64,000 nucleotides of DNA from Octopus sinensis. Taxonomy: Eukaryota. Location: positions 22,196,001 through 22,260,000 of the forward strand of contig NC_043018.1 of the NCBI RefSeq assembly GCF_006345805.1. The letters are read 5' to 3'. Both the position numbers and the translations under genes were made by a program. This document shows, piece by piece, positions 62,751 through 64,000 of this stretch. Below the pieces are notes generated by a model. It ran no database searches. It was not told the origin of the DNA and saw only the letters and a program-made list of their open reading frames with translations. Within the stretch, counting starts at the first letter, position 1; each line of letters starts with the position of its first letter.

Positions 62751-63000
62751 CGCAATGAGTCGAAACCGGGGCAGCTGAAGAAGGGGAATGCTCCCTTGTG
62801 TTGTATGTGTTGCACTCTGTTTTTGCGTTGTTAAAAAAAGTCCGTTTCCTTGTTTTGTTTCTATGTTTTCGTTTCTCTTTGTGTTCTACGTTTATTTGTG
62901 GTGTCCTGTACTCATACATGCATGTATATATACATATAGATGTAGGTATGTACATATATGTATGAATGTATGTATGCATATGTTTTATTTATTAAATTGT

Positions 63001-63037
<37 letters not shown>

Positions 63038-63634
63038 GATGTAGGTATGTACATATATGTATGTATGTATTTTATTAAATTATATATATATATGCACACA
63101 TATATACACATGTATATACATATATACATATATACATATGTATTTTAATCTGACACGAATGTATTTTCTTCTACGTTTGTTTTCCTTCGTTTGTTATCTA
63201 TTTCCAGTGTAATACGTGCCAACCGTAGCCATCACCACTAGTTTACAAGTTCTGGTGTCAATCCAGCCATTATCTCAAAAGTGATGTAGCGTGCTTCATC
63301 TATCTCTACATCTATTTAATCTTTAAGATGCTTTTAATCTAATCTTGAAAATCTGCTTTATCCCTACTTCTTACGAAGGTTGGGAGATGGCACAACCATC
63401 AGCGCATTTCTTCAGACGCTTCACGTTCCGAGTTCAAATCCACCCGCCTTCCATCCTTTCGGGGTCGATAAAGCGATAGAGTGAGTACCAGTTTAGCACT
63501 GAGGTCGATACTATCGTCTAAACGCCCCACTCCACTTAAAATTAATGACCTTGTGCCAAAATTTGAAGCCATTCTTATTTATTATCAGTTTTTCTTTCCC
63601 CTCTCTTTATTATATGTATATATAGGCTTAGGGT

Positions 63635-64000
63635 GGAGGCGCAATGGCCCAGTGGTTAGGCCAGCGGACTCGCAGTCGTAGGATCGCGGTTTCGATTCCC
63701 AGACCGGGCGTTGTGAGTGTTTATTGAGCGAAAACACCTAAAAGCTCCACGAGGCTCCGGCAGGGGATGGTGGTGATCCCTGCTGTACTCTTTCACCACA
63801 ACTTTCTCTCACTCTTACTTCCTGTTTCTGTTGTACCTGTATTTCAAAGGGCCGGCCTTGTCACTCTCTGTGTCACGCGAATATCCCCGAGAACTGCGTT
63901 AAGGGTACACGTGTCTGTGGAGTGCTCAGCCCCTTACACGTTCATTTTCACAAGCAGGCTGTTCCGTTCATCGGATCAACCGGAACCCTCGTCGTCGTAA
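63635..64000 (+). mobile_element. Family C SINE, long tail, runs off the window end
   Basis: Matches 3696-4056. Confidence 0.9.

Noticed and set aside
63635-63710. tRNA-like heads as genuine tRNA genes
   Set aside because: They continue into SINE bodies, lack a proper acceptor stem and oligo-T terminator, and vary between copies.

Overview
Eukaryotic, AT-rich, repeat-saturated window. The SINE families and (TA)/(CA)/(GA) microsatellite load point to Octopus or a related coleoid cephalopod; this is an inference from recognition, not a database search. No intact gene could be identified, only a few weak minus-strand exon candidates. Most of the sequence is four tRNA-headed SINE families (here A = CORE-like, B = Meta-domain-like, C and D), microsatellites, three non-autonomous Helitrons, a Tc1/mariner deletion derivative, a MITE and CR1-like LINE 3' ends. 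The most interesting signals: (1) short Penelope-like fragments sitting in (TA)n tracts, several as long inverted repeats and several carrying minimal type I hammerhead ribozyme motifs, including a two-copy family with a CCGACGA core; (2) a 2.04-kb ORF1-only non-LTR element with a 17-bp target-site duplication inside a SINE tRNA head; (3) SINE family B repeatedly landing at one GGTATTT site inside its own relatives, including two different subfamily copies at the same site in the two halves of a tandem duplication; (4) a SINE-mediated tandem duplication whose copies provide empty-site controls. Coordinates of SINE copies are approximate (about +/-10 nt).
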